From NCBI RefSeq assembly GCF_009914755.1, contig NC_060938.1: a stretch of DNA of 64,000 nt. One strand, given 5' to 3'. Position numbers and translations under genes: made by a program. Numbering within the stretch: the first letter of the stretch is position 1; every line of letters begins with the position of its first letter. Origin of the DNA: the human T2T-CHM13v2.0 reference genome, Homo sapiens. This document shows, one piece after another, positions 40,440-52,456 of the stretch. The notes beneath the pieces were generated by a model. That model saw only the letters and a list, made by a program, of their open reading frames with translations, ran no database searches and was not told the origin of the DNA.

Positions 40440-41021
40440 GTGTGTTCAGCAAACTCGCAGAAACCGGACTGACAACAGCATAGAGGGATGAATGTGGAAA
40501 AGTGTGATGGATTTTCTTCTGAAGGCCCTTGGAAACCAGGCTGGTAGTATATATTTAACCAGGGAAGCCAATGAAGACCTTTTGCCAAGGAAATGTCTGA
40601 AACCACCTATTAGGGAGAATGATCAGGCCCCAATGAGTTAGAACATGTGGGTTCTCTTTAGTATTGGTTCCCCCTTTGATGGCAATTTATAGAGAGAAGT
40701 AGTTCTGTATATACTTGTCAAATTATTTATCAGAAAAAACTTTTGATATTCATATTAGAATATTTCTGAGGTAATTCATCACGAAAATTTACTTCCCAAC
40801 TTCATCAGTATGTATTCCTAGCTATGTTCAAAGCAAAGTGCTAAAATACAAAAATTAAGGTGATTTGGTCTATGCCTCGAGAAAGTTTTCAAATGAGAGT
40901 TTGCACACATCCTAGCTCATCACTAATATTAGGGAGCATTCACTTTGGGTATGTCTGCATGGTAGAAAACATATGATTGGACAGGGTGTCCAGGAAAAGG
41001 TCCCTGAATTCCCACATTCTT

Positions 41022-42450
41022 TTATTTTCTCTTTCTCTCTATATATATACATTTTTTATTATACTTTAAGTTCTAGGGTACATGTGCACAACGTGCAGGT
41101 TTGTTACATATGTATACATGCACCATGTTGGTGTGCTGTACCCATTAACTCATCATTTACATTAGGTATATCTTCTAATGCTATCCCTCCCCCCTCCCCC
41201 CACCCCACGACAGGCCCCAGTGTGTGATGTTCCCTTTCCTGTGTCCAAGTGTTCTCATTGTTCAATTCCCACCTATGAGTGAGAACATGTGGTGTTTGAT
41301 TTTTTGTCCTTGCAATAGTTTGCTGAGAATGATGGTTTCCAGCTTCATCCATGTCCCTAAAAAGGACATGAACTCATCATTTTTTATGGCTGCATAGTAT
41401 TCCATGGTGTATATGTGCCACATTTTCTTAATCCAGTCTATCATTGTTGGACATTTGGGTTGATTCCAAGTCTTTGCTATTGTGAGTAGTGCCGCAATAA
41501 ACATATGTGTGCATGTGTCTTTATAGCAGCATAATTTATATTCCTTTGGGTATATACCCAGTAATGGGATGGCTGGGTCAAATGGTATTTCTAGTTCTAA
41601 ATCCCTGAGGAATCACCACACTGTCTTCCACAATGGTTGAACTAGTTTACAGTCCCACCAACAGTGTAAAAGTGTTCCTATTTCTCCACATCCTCTCCAG
41701 CACATGTTGTTTCCTGACTTTTTAATGATCGTCATTCTAACTGGTGTGAGATGAGGAGAAAACTACTTTAAAGTTCATAAGGAACCAAAAAGGAGCCCAC
41801 ATTGCCAAGTCAATCCTAAGCCAAAAGAACAAAGGTGGAAGCATCATGCTACCTGACTTCAAACTATACTACAAGGCTACAGTAACCAAAACAGCATGGT
41901 ACTGGTACTAAAACAGAGATATAGACCAATGGAACAGAACAGAGCCCTCAGAAATAATACCACACTTCTACAACTATCTGATCTTTGACAAATCTGACAA
42001 AAACAAGAAATGGGGAAAGGATTCCCTATTTAACAAATGGTGCTGGGAAAACTGGCTAGCCATATGTAGAAAGCTGAAACTGGATCCCTTCCTTACACCT
42101 TATACAAAAATTAATTCAAGATGGATTAAAGACTTAAATGTTAGACCTAAAACCATAAAAACCCTAGAAGAAAACCTAGGCAATACCATTCAGGACATAG
42201 GCATGGACTTCATATCTAAAACCCCAAAAGCAAGGACAACAAAAGCCAAAATTGACAAATAGGATCTAATTAAACTAAAGAGCTTCTGCACAGCAAAATA
42301 AACTACCATCAGAGTGAACAGGCAGCCTACAGAATGGCAGAAAATTTTTGCAATCTACTCATCTGACAAAGGGCTAATATACCGAATCTACAAAGAACTC
42401 ATACAAATTTACAAGAAAAAGACAAACAACCCCATCAAAAAGTGGGCGAA
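41022..42450 (-). mobile_element. 5'-truncated, 5'-inverted L1PA
   Basis: 41052-41753 is the antisense L1 3' end (ORF 41262-41504 = ORF2 C-terminus); 41755-42450 is ORF2 in the opposite orientation. Degenerate TSD GAATTCCCACATTCTT (41006) / GAATTCACCGCATTCTT (42448). Confidence 0.92.
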
Positions 42451-43159
42451 TTCACCGCATTCTTATCCTTAAACAGGGTGATTGTCCTATAGGAAGAGGA
42501 GGGACCTCTCATGTGAGGTCTCAGCTTCCCGAAGCACCCTCAATTCTTACTGAAGACATAAAGGCTGATAATATGATGATTTGATATTCGTATGAAAATT
42601 AAGTCAGGAACTAAATTTGTTAAACAGCTTAGTTGTAGGAAGAAACTTGATATGTAGCTAAGTATTCATTCAAGGTTAATATTTGCAGCCTCCATGATTT
42701 AAATTCAGCTTTTTCTTATTTCCTTCCTTCCTCTTGTCTTCTTTTTCTTCTTCCCGCCTCAATACAGTTAAGACAAGTTACTCTAATTTGTACACAAGTG
42801 AATCCAGTTGAGGCACTTTAGCCTGTAGGTCAGAGCACACCCCTTTTACCAGAAATATCTCTTTCTAAGGTATTTCTTCACTCTGTATGAGTAAATTCAA
42901 AATAAAAAGCTATATTAATACAATGAATTCTGTCTGTGTGCTTTGGGAAATGCAAGACCCCACCCCAAATCTGTTTACTTTTACTCATTGAGAAAGCTTC
43001 CAGATAAATTCTTGGGAGGTTCTCACATGCTATGGCTCGGAAGTCACACAACGTAGGCGAAGCACAGTGTGAGGGGCTCCTGGGTGTTCCAGTGGCAACC
43101 AGCCTTCTCTGGGCTTCGAGCCTGCGCCAGGATGTGCACTCAGTTGAGGTGGGTTAGCT

Positions 43160-43470
43160 GTCAAAGTTTGGTTCCTAGCAAAGCAGACTTTGAGGCATGG
43201 ATTTGTAAATGTATTTATTTAGGATGTGACCCAGGAAACAATGTGTGGGCATGTGGACATGAGCCAAGGGAAGGAAAAGCACCAAAAAAGAGCATGTTAA
43301 TGAGGGAATTATCACTGTGGGCAACAAAAGCTCAACTCTTCCTACTGATGAGGCTGTGAGAAACCTGGGTGGACCTGACTTGAAATTGTCTTACTGAGGA
43401 CAGAGGAAACTGGGGTATTTCTCTCAACCTTGGGCCTTGTGGTTGAGGGTAACCTGGATGCACTAACCTT
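43160..43470 (-). mobile_element. LTR16-like ERVL LTR
   Basis: AAGCAGACTTTGAGGCATGGATTTG...TTTATTTAGGATGTGACCCAGGAA...GGGAAGGAAAAGC...CACTGTGGGCAAC. Confidence 0.65.
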
Positions 43471-43899
43471 TGAGTGCTTCAGAAACGCCAAGAGGACGTG
43501 AGCACGCAGAGGCCAGATAGCCCCCTATGCTTACCAGCTGCCTGGCACAGGATCAGGAAGTCCACATAGTCAAAAAGGCCTCCACATTAGGCCTGTTTAA
43601 TGGGTGGCATTAGTATATTTCCCATCTTAAAGAACATATTGACACTGAGAGATGAAGCATCTTGACCTGAGCCACACAAACGTTAATCTATAGAATCAGG
43701 CATTTCAATAAAAGTCATTCCATAGCCCGCAGGCCACTGGTCTCCCTGAGCTTGGGTCTTTTAGTTTTTTTACCAAATTCTAGACTTGGTATTGATTTTT
43801 GGAGCAAATATCTATAATAATAAATTCATAAATACGTAAGCATAGATTTAATTCACTTACTAAATATTTATGCAGTTCAATTAATAATTTTTTTCTTAT

Positions 43900-46203
43900 G
43901 GATATGGTTTGGCTCTGTGTCCCCACCCAAAAGGGACCTGGTGGGAGGTGATTGGATCATGGGGATAGCTTCCCTCATGCTATTCTTATGATAGTGAATG
44001 AGTTCTCATGAGATCTGATGGTTTGAAAGTGTTTGACAGTTCCTCCCTCACTGTCTCTCCCTCCTGCTGCCTTGTGAAGAAGGTACTTGCTTCTCCTTCA
44101 CCTTCTGCCATGATTGTAAGTTTCCTGAAGCCTTCACAGCCATGCAGAACTGTGTCAATTAAACCTTTCTCCTTTATAAATTGTCCAGTCTCAGGTAGTT
44201 CTTTACAGCAGTGTGAAAATGAACTAATACAGGAAATTGGTACTGGGAGTGGGACACTGCTATAAAAATAACCTGAAAATGTGGAAGCAGCTTTGGAACT
44301 GGATAACAGGCAGAGGTTGGAACAGTTTGGATGGCTCAGAAGAAGACAGGAAGATGTGAGAAAGTTTAGAATTTCCTAGAGACTTGAATGGTTTTGACCA
44401 AAATGCTGGTATGAGATGAACAACGAAATCCAGGCTGAGGTGGTCTCAGATGGAGATGAGAAACTTACTGGGAACTGGAGGAAAGATCATTCTTACTATG
44501 CTTTAGCCAAGAGACTGGTGGCATTTTGCCCCTGCCCTAGAGATCTGTGAAACTTTGAATTTGAGAGAGATGAGTTACGGTATCTGGATGAAGAAATTTC
44601 TAAGTGGCAAAGCATTCAAGAGGTGACCTGGTTTGTTCTGAAAGTGTACAGTCATATGCATTCACAAAGAGATGGTTTGAAATTGGACCTTATGCTTAAA
44701 AGTGAAGCAGAATGAAAAACTTGGAAAATTTGCAGCTGACCATGTGGTGGAAAAGAAAAACCCATTTTCTGCGGGAAAAATTCAAGCCAGCTGCAGAAAT
44801 GTGCATAACTAATGAGGATTCCAACATTAATAACCAAGACAATGGGACAAATGTCTCCAGGGCATTTCAGAGATCTTCATAGCAGCCCCTCCCATCACAG
44901 CCCCTCCCATCACAGCCCCTCAGAGGCCTAAGAGGGAAAAATGGATTCCTGGGCCAGGCCCAGGGCCCCACTGCTCTCTACAGCCTCAGGACATAGTACC
45001 ATGGGTCTCAGCTGCTCCAGCTCCAGCTGTAGCTAAAAGAGGCCAAGATACAGCTCAGGTCATTGCTTCAGAGGGTGCATGCCCCAAGCCTCGGCAGCTT
45101 CCACACAGTGTTGGGCCTGCAGGTAAACAGAAGACATGAGTTAAACTTTGGAAGCCTCCACCTAGATTTCAGAGGACATATGGAAATGCCTGGATGCCCA
45201 GGCAGAAGTTTGCTGCAGGGGCAGAGCCTTCATGGAATACCTCTACTAGGGCAATGCAAAGAGGAAATGTGGGGTTGGAGCCCCCACATAGAGTCCCCAC
45301 TGGGTCACTGCCTAGTGGAGCTGTGACAAAAGAGCCACTGACCTCCATACCCCCCAGAATGGTAGCTCCATCAACAACTTGCACTGTGCATCAGGAGAAG
45401 TGCAGGGGCTCAATGCCAGCCCATGAAAGCAGCTGCAGGGGCTGTATCCTGCAGAGGCACAGGAGCAGAGCTGCCCAAGGCCCGGGGAGACCATCCCTTG
45501 CATCAGCATACCCTGGATTTGAGACATGGAGTCAAATGAGATTGTTCTGGAGCATTAAGATTTAATGAGTGCCCCGATGAGTTTTGTACTTGCATGGGGC
45601 CTATGGCCCCTTTGTTTTGGCCAATTTTGGAGCATTTACTCAATGCCAGCACCCACATTTTATCTTGGAAGCAACTAACTTGCTTTTTATTTTACAAGAT
45701 CATAGGAGGAAGAGACATGCTTTGCCTCAGATGAGACTTTGGACTTGGACTTTTGAGTTAATGTTGGAATGAGTTAAGGCTTTGGGAGACTGTTGGGAAG
45801 GCATAATTGGTTTTGAAATGTGAAAAGGACATGAGAATTAAGAGGGGCCAGTGGTGGAATAATATGGTTTGGCTCTGTGTCCCCACCCAAATCCCTCCCC
45901 ATATGTCAAAGGAGGGACCTGGTGGGAGGTAATTGGATCATGGGGATGGCTTTCCCCATGCTGTTCTCATGATAGTGAGTGAGTTCTCATGAGATCTGAT
46001 GGTTCAAAAGTGTATGCCCACTCCCCCGCCTCACTCTCTCCCTCTCCTGTCACCTTCTGAAGAAGGTACTTACATCTCCTTTACCTTATGCCATGATTTT
46101 AAGTTTCCTGAGGCCTCCCCAGCCATGCAGAACTGTGAGTCAATTAAACCTCTTTCCTTTATAAATTATCCAATCTCAGATTGTGTGAAACCAGATTAAT
46201 ACA
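43900..46203 (+). mobile_element. Complete THE1 (THE1D-like) MaLR provirus: LTR-internal-LTR
   Basis: 5' LTR 43900-44231, internal 44232-45859 with purine-rich tract before the 3' LTR 45860-46203; perfect 5-bp TSD CTTAT (43895-43899 / 46204-46208). ORF 45194-45565 is a THE1-internal remnant. Confidence 0.93.
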
Positions 46204-46839
46204 CTTATTTTATTGTGAAAATGATTTCTAAACAAAACAACTCATTTTTTTTTTCTACCAAAGACAATGATTTAAGTGTGTGAATGGACATGGATCTTAG
46301 AACATTCTACATGGTTATCTGTTTGTCTATATACTTCATTTAAGTTTTCTTTCAAGAATTACACTTGCTTTATTCATATCACTGTTCCTAGTGATTGGCA
46401 CATTGTATATGCTTAAAAGTGTTTTCTGAATATTATATGGAATGTTCTTAGCAAATTTGATTATGGAAAATGACCAAAAATCAAACGTGTCTGGTAGTAT
46501 AAAAAGAAACAATACCAAGTCCTTTTTAGATTTGGTCAATAGCTTCTACTCCTTGAGTAAATTACTGACTATTGTGGTTCTCAACAGTAAATCATTTTTC
46601 AAAGGTTATACAAAGGAACAACACATTCCAAAATAGCTGCATCCAAGATATTGGGGATAAACCAATAAATCCATTAAATGAAATATTCACAGAAAATATC
46701 AGAGAAAAGCTCATAGGAGCACATTTCGCCCCAAGCAAGTGGAGTAGCCAATGTAAGCATTCACTGTTTCACTGTTGCTGCTTTCCATTACTACTTTGGA
46801 GAATAATCTTTTCCAAACACCTGTCTGATCTTGCTTTAC

Positions 46840-47300
46840 ACTCTTCAGCAGGTCCACACCACCCATGAGAGGGAACTCAGACACCTTGCCCAAGGCTCCA
46901 GCACTCAGGCTCCAGCTCATGTTTCTGGTTTCACCTCCACTCCCTTCTACACTCCCACAAATCCACCCACACTACTCCTAATTACTGAAGCACAGCTTGG
47001 TGTTTCAGCCTACATTCACACTTGCTGTTCCCTCTCTCAGAAACATCTTTTCCACTTACTAGCAGAATTTGTCACTTCTTCATGCTTATTCTCACTATAT
47101 AATCTTTTCACACTTCTGCCACATTATCACCTCAAATTGCAAAATCTTGTTTATGTAGATAGCTACACCTACTAGATTGTAGAGACTATGTCATATCCAT
47201 CCTTGTCCTTGGAGCCTAGCATAGTGTCTATTATATAGTTTCTAGTAAAGAGATGCTCAGTGATCCTCAACAGGAAGGAAAAAATGAATGGATGGATGAG
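46840..47300 (+). mobile_element. L2 fragment
   Basis: CACACTTGCTGTTCCCTCT...CTAGATTGT...GAGCCTAGCATAGTGTCT...ATGCTCAG, ending in a TGAA/TGGA-rich tail. Confidence 0.55.
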
Positions 47301-47589
47301 TAGGCGGATGCAAAAGTGGATGGATGAAGAGATGAATAGACAATTGAAGGTAAGAAAGAAAGAAAACGTTATCCCTCAGAAGGTAAGAAAGAAAATGTTG
47401 TTCCACATGCAAAAGCGCATGAAGGAATTAAACATTCTTTATGAGTGCCTTGTGGCTTCCCATTCGGGGAATTTTGTTGTATTTAGTCCCTAAAGCCCAG
47501 GAGGAAGACATCTTACTTTCCTAGTTGCCCCACCTGAAGAGTCTAAACTATGTGCATCTCCAGTTGTCCTTTCTAGAATCTTCTAAACT

Positions 47590-48085
47590 TATGCTCATCA
47601 ATATGGAAACTGCCATCTACATGTGACTATTTAGAACTTGAAATACAGCTACTGGGACTAAGGAAATAAACTTTTAATTTCATTTGATTGTAATTAATTT
47701 TAATTTAAAAAATACTTGATTTAGTAAATGGAAAACTTTAATTATGTTTGAAATAACTTATATAAATAAATCAACTTTTTAAACTGTAAGTTTTATGTCT
47801 AAACACAGATCAGATATTTCTAACAAAAAATTAGCACCTGAATTTCTGTGTGCTGAAAGTATAAAATAGGCACTGGATTTTGAAAAGTTAGTACTAAATT
47901 TAAAAAACAGTAAAATATCTTATTAATATTTTTATGATAATTACATGTTGAAGGGTGCATCTTTGGATAGATTAAGGAATATATGTTATTAAAATGAATT
48001 TTACACGTTTTATTTTATTCATTGTGGGTACTAGGAAATTTTTAATTGCATGTGTGCTTGCACTATGTTTCTGCTAGATCAGCAC
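47590..48085. mobile_element. Charlie5/MER33-type hAT deletion derivative
   Basis: GGAAAACTTTAATTATGTTTGAAATAACTT...TGTGCTGAAAGTATAAAATAGGCACTGGATTTTGAA...TTACATGTTGAA...CTAGGAAATTT. Confidence 0.7.
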
Positions 48086-48187
48086 ATGGCAAGTACAGGA
48101 TCTTGTCTGCTCCTCAGATAGACAGTAGTGATCAGGTTCAGTTTTAACTCCTTCCATGGAAATTCTGTTGTATGGGGCATCAAAGTA

Positions 48188-48690
48188 CAGTTGATTCTTG
48201 AACAATGTGGGGATTTGGGGGGATGACCTCCTACTCAGTTGAAAATACAGGTATAACAATTGACTCTCCCAAAACCTATCAATTAATAGCCTACTATTGA
48301 TTGTAAGCCTTACTGATAACATAGTCAATTAACATAGATGATGTATATTATGTATATTACATACTGTACTCTTACAATAAAGTGAGCTAGAAAAAAAAGG
48401 AAAACATTATTAACAACATCATAAGGAAGAGAAAATACCTTTACTATTCATTAAGTGGAAGTGGATAATCTTAAAGGTCTTCATCCCTATCTTTAGGTTG
48501 AATTCGTTGAGGAGGAGGAAGAAAAAGTGGAGTTGGTCTTGCTGTCTCTGGAATGGCAGAGGTGGAAGCGGTGCAGGAGGTGGAAGGGGAGGCAAGAGAG
48601 GCAGGCACACTTGGTGTAACTTTTATTGAAAAACATCCACTCATAAGTGCACTCACACAGTTTAAACCCATGTTGTTCAAGCATCAACTT
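48188..48690 (-). mobile_element. Tigger2a (MER28)-like MITE
   Basis: TA-flanked TIRs CAGTTGATTCTTGAACAA / TTGTTCAAGCATCAACT; GGCAGGCACACTTGGTGTAACTTTTATTGAAAAA. Confidence 0.85.
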
Positions 48691-48769
48691 TAAATGGAAA
48701 AGAGCACTCCAGTTAGATATCAATAACTAATTTTGACATCTATTTTGTTGGTTAAATATTTATTAATTT

Positions 48770-49620
48770 TCAGCTCAAAAACCCCTACTGTAATCTGCTC
48801 TGTGATTCAGGAACTGAGACTTTACAAAACTTATTTCCCAATTCTCATTTGGCTTCCTGTAAGTTTTGGCCAATAGGAGGCACTCTATGTGGTCTGGAGG
48901 TGGGACTTCCTGTCTGTCTTCCTGTTCCTGCCAACCTCACCCTGAAAGCAGCAGCGCTTTCAGCTCCAGTTTCTTTGAGCACTCCCAGAACCACTCCCCT
49001 GTGCCTGCTCCAGTACCAGTATGAGCAGGGTAGCAGCCCCTCCACAGAAATCTTACCACCAGCTTTTTCCTGTTTCATTCACTCCCAGTCCTGGGACTGT
49101 CAGTGTATTAGTCCATTTTCATGCTGCTGATAAAGATGGGACAATCTGCAAAAGAAAGAGGTTTATTGGACTTACAGTCTCCAAGATGGGCCAATTTACA
49201 AAAGAAAGAGGTTTACTGGACTTACAGTTCCACATGCCTGGGGAGGCCTCACAATCATGGTGGAAGTGAAAGGCATGTCTCACATGGCAACAGACAAGAA
49301 AAGAGAGCTTGTGCAGGGAAACTCCCCTTTTTAAAACCATCAGATCTCATGAGACATTCACTATCAAGAGAACAACATGGAAAAGACCCATCCTCATGAT
49401 TCAGTTACCTCCCACTGGGTATCTCCTACACATGAGAATTCAAAATGAGATTTGGGTGGGGACACAGCCAAGCTATATTAGGCAGCTACTCCTAAAGTTA
49501 CTATTTCAGTGTTACAGTAGTGTTTGCTTTTTGCACTTTAATTTTCTCGTACCTTTGTAATTGATTACTCACGTTAAATTCCCTTTTGAAATATATAATG
49601 TGTTTCTGTTCTCCTGATGA
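48770..49620 (+). mobile_element. Old ERVL-type LTR interrupted by a THE1 LTR
   Basis: GGCTTCCTGTAAGTTTTGGCCAATAGGAGGCAC and a terminal TAAATTCCCTTTTGAAAT...GTTTCTGTTCTCCTGA; family uncertain. Confidence 0.45.
49104..49480 (-). mobile_element. THE1A/B solo LTR
   Basis: TGTATTAGTCCATTTTCATGCTGCTGATAAAGA...GAGATTTGGGTGGGGACACAGCCAA; TSD G(T/G)CAG. Confidence 0.92.
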
Positions 49621-51074
49621 AAACATGAGTAGTACATGTACATCTGTAAATGTAAAGCACCTGTAAACATAACCTAAACATAAAAGGATAAATCACAATA
49701 AAAGCTTGAAAATAACTAGAATGGAATTATAATGAATATATTATTATCAAAAGCATGAGATGCAGTTAAAGCAAGTTTTAAGGAGAAATTTATTGTCTTA
49801 ATTGCTCTTATTAAAAAAGAAAAAATCAATAACCTAATGATACAAATAAAGATTTTTTTAGTAAGAACATAAAAGTAAACCTTAAAATGAAGAAATATAG
49901 ATATAGTAGAAGTAGAGATAACATAATACACTTAACAGAAAAAATGAACAAAATCAAAACTTAGCTCTTTGCAAAAAATAATAGAGTCATATCCAGTGAT
50001 ATAGCTCAAGGGAAGAGAAAGCAACTAAAAATTTAAAAAAGTAGGAGTTAGTAATATGAAAGATCTGCAGATAGAGAATGAATAAATAAAAAGCAGAAAT
50101 TAGTAATATGAAATAATTGTAGATAGAGAGAGAAGAGACTGAAAATGTAAGAGGAAACTATGAACAACTTTATGCTGTATGTTTAAAAAACATACAAATG
50201 GAAAAAGAATCCTGGGAATATTGAATTAACAAAACACTCTTCATGAACAGTTGGACAACCCAAGTAGAACTAAATACATTGAATCACTATTTAATGATTA
50301 TTGTTTAAAAAAGAAAGAGATTTTTAAAACCTGAGTAGATTTTACCTGCAAGTTCAAACAAATAGGAAAGATTTAATATCTGCTTTCTTCCAGCTGATCA
50401 ACAGAAGAGAAAATGTAAGAGAATATTTCACATTTCATTTTGTGATTCTGGAATAACTTTGATGCCGAAACTAGAAAAGAAACTGTGAGAAAAGAAAATT
50501 ACAGGCAATTTCATTTATAAATATAAATGAATATTAACTAAATAATCTGAAATAAAATACTACAAACAGAATTAAATAGTATGTAAAATGATCAATTTGG
50601 GATTAATTTAGAAATATAAGGGTCATTTTCATTGGAAGATAAATTAATGCTTTTCACCATATTCGCAGAATAAAGAAATAAAACTATCTGATCAATTAAT
50701 ATAGGGCACTTGATGAAATCCAAAACCCATTTATAATAAAAAAAACTAGCAAACTGGAAACAGAAAATAACTCTGCTAATTTCCAAAAACTAACAGCTTA
50801 ATCACTAATGAAACATTTATATTCCAATAATAGTTAAATAAAAGCCATGTGACTCCCATGTCACTGCTTAGTCCAACACTGAGTTGGATTAGCTAGAACA
50901 GCAAACAATAAATAAAAGCATAAGGTTGTAAAAGAACAGACCAAACTATCATTATTAACAAAATGCATAAGAGGATTTCAGCAAGGTTGCTAGATACATG
51001 TTCATTTTATTCAGTCAATCACATTTCTATAAAGAGCCATGATTAGAAAATGTTTCTTTAAAAATATACCATTT

Positions 51075-51187
51075 ACTGTAATCCTAGCATATTGGGAGGC
51101 TGAGGTAGAAGGATCACTTGAGCCCAGGAATTTAAAACTAGGCTGGGCAACACAGTAAGACTCCATCTCTATAAAAAACAATAATAA
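51075..51187 (+). mobile_element. FLAM/Alu left monomer (5' truncated)
   Basis: CTGTAATCCTAGCA...GGATCACTTGAGCCCAGGA...CTCCATCTCTATAAAAAA; TSD ATATACCATTT. Confidence 0.85.
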
Positions 51188-51693
51188 TATATACCATTTT
51201 CAATGGCAACAAAAATAGAAAACATCATGTAAGAAATCTTACTACAATTTTTCAAAAATTCTTCAAGACTTATTGATTTCATACCTTAACTCTGTGTATG
51301 TATGTGTGTGTACATACAAACACACACATATATGTATGCACACAAACAGACACCCTTTTATGTTGTAATGATACCATGATGTTGAGCTTTTGATTCTACC
51401 TAATTTTGCTTGTAAATTCAATGTTATTTCAGTCAAAACCCCAATAGGAATTTTTTGGAGCGTAACAACTCATTCCAAAATTTACATGATAGAAAAAAAG
51501 CCAACACAATTTTAAAGATCAATATGGTGGGACTTAGACTTCCAGACATGAATATTTAATGTAAAATTATATCAATAAGTGAGTGGTAATCAGTACAGGG
51601 AGACCAATAAAACCAGAGTAGAAAATCCAGAATTCGACCTATGCATATCTAGAAATTTGATTTATGAAAGAGGTAGCAATAGGGATTAGCACA

Positions 51694-52456
51694 TGTATTA
51701 TTTTAGAAAATGCCAGCTGCTGTACCAGGTAAATACCACAATATTTTAGCATAATAGAAGTTCATTTCTACCTCATAAGAATCCCTGATTGGCACGTACC
51801 TCTCCTAAAAGCTATAATTCCAGAACCTAAGCTGACTTAGTCTGTTTGGGCTGCTACAACAAAAACCATAAATAACAGAAATCAATTTCTCACACTTCTT
51901 GGGGCTGGAAAGTTCAAGGTGGAGGTGCCAGTAGATTTGGTGTCTGATGAAGGCCTGTTCCTCATAGATAGCACCCTCTTGCTGTGTCCTCATATGATGG
52001 AAGGGGTGAGGCAGCTCTCTGGGGCCTCCTTTATAAAAGCTTTTAGCTCATTCATGAGGGCTCCACCTCTGTGAAGTAATCACCTCCCAAAGTCCCCACC
52101 TACTAACACTATCACCTTGGAGGTTAGAATTTAAACCTATGAATTTTAAGGGGATACAAAGATTCAGAACATAGCACATCCTTTCAACCTTGTGGATCCA
52201 GTGTCTTCCACATATGGTGTCTCTGCCCACCTTGACCAACTCAAGCTAATGGAAGAGAAATATGGGGTTCCCCTTGCAGAAGCCACCTACTCGGCCAGCC
52301 TTGGAAGTGTGCATGGCATGCCCCTCATTTTCTACTGTCTAGAACTCAGTCATATGGCACCATCACACTCCGAGGGTGACTAGGGGGAAGAAGTCCAGCT
52401 TGCTCCAGGAAGAATAGAAGTCAGCTTTGATGAATAGTTTATTAGTCACTGCCATA
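51694..52456 (-). mobile_element. Old MLT1 (J/K-like) LTR hosting an MLT1A
   Basis: TGTATT...GCTGCTGTA...ATAGAAGTTCATTTCT at the left; AGAACTCAGTCATATGGC...GTCACTGCCATA at the right. Confidence 0.6.
51833..52176 (-). mobile_element. MLT1A/MLT1A0 solo LTR
   Basis: CTTAGTCTGTTTGGGCTGCTA...CATTCATGAGGGCTCCACC...AATCACCTCCCAAAG...ATTCAGAACATAGCA. Confidence 0.85.

Noticed and set aside
45194-45565. 123-aa ORF
   Set aside because: Remnant of the THE1 internal ORF, not a host gene.
47347-47398. Short direct repeat GAAGGTAAGAAAGAAA twice (donor-like AG|GTAAGA)
   Set aside because: Low-complexity slippage next to an L2 tail; no matching acceptor or exon support.
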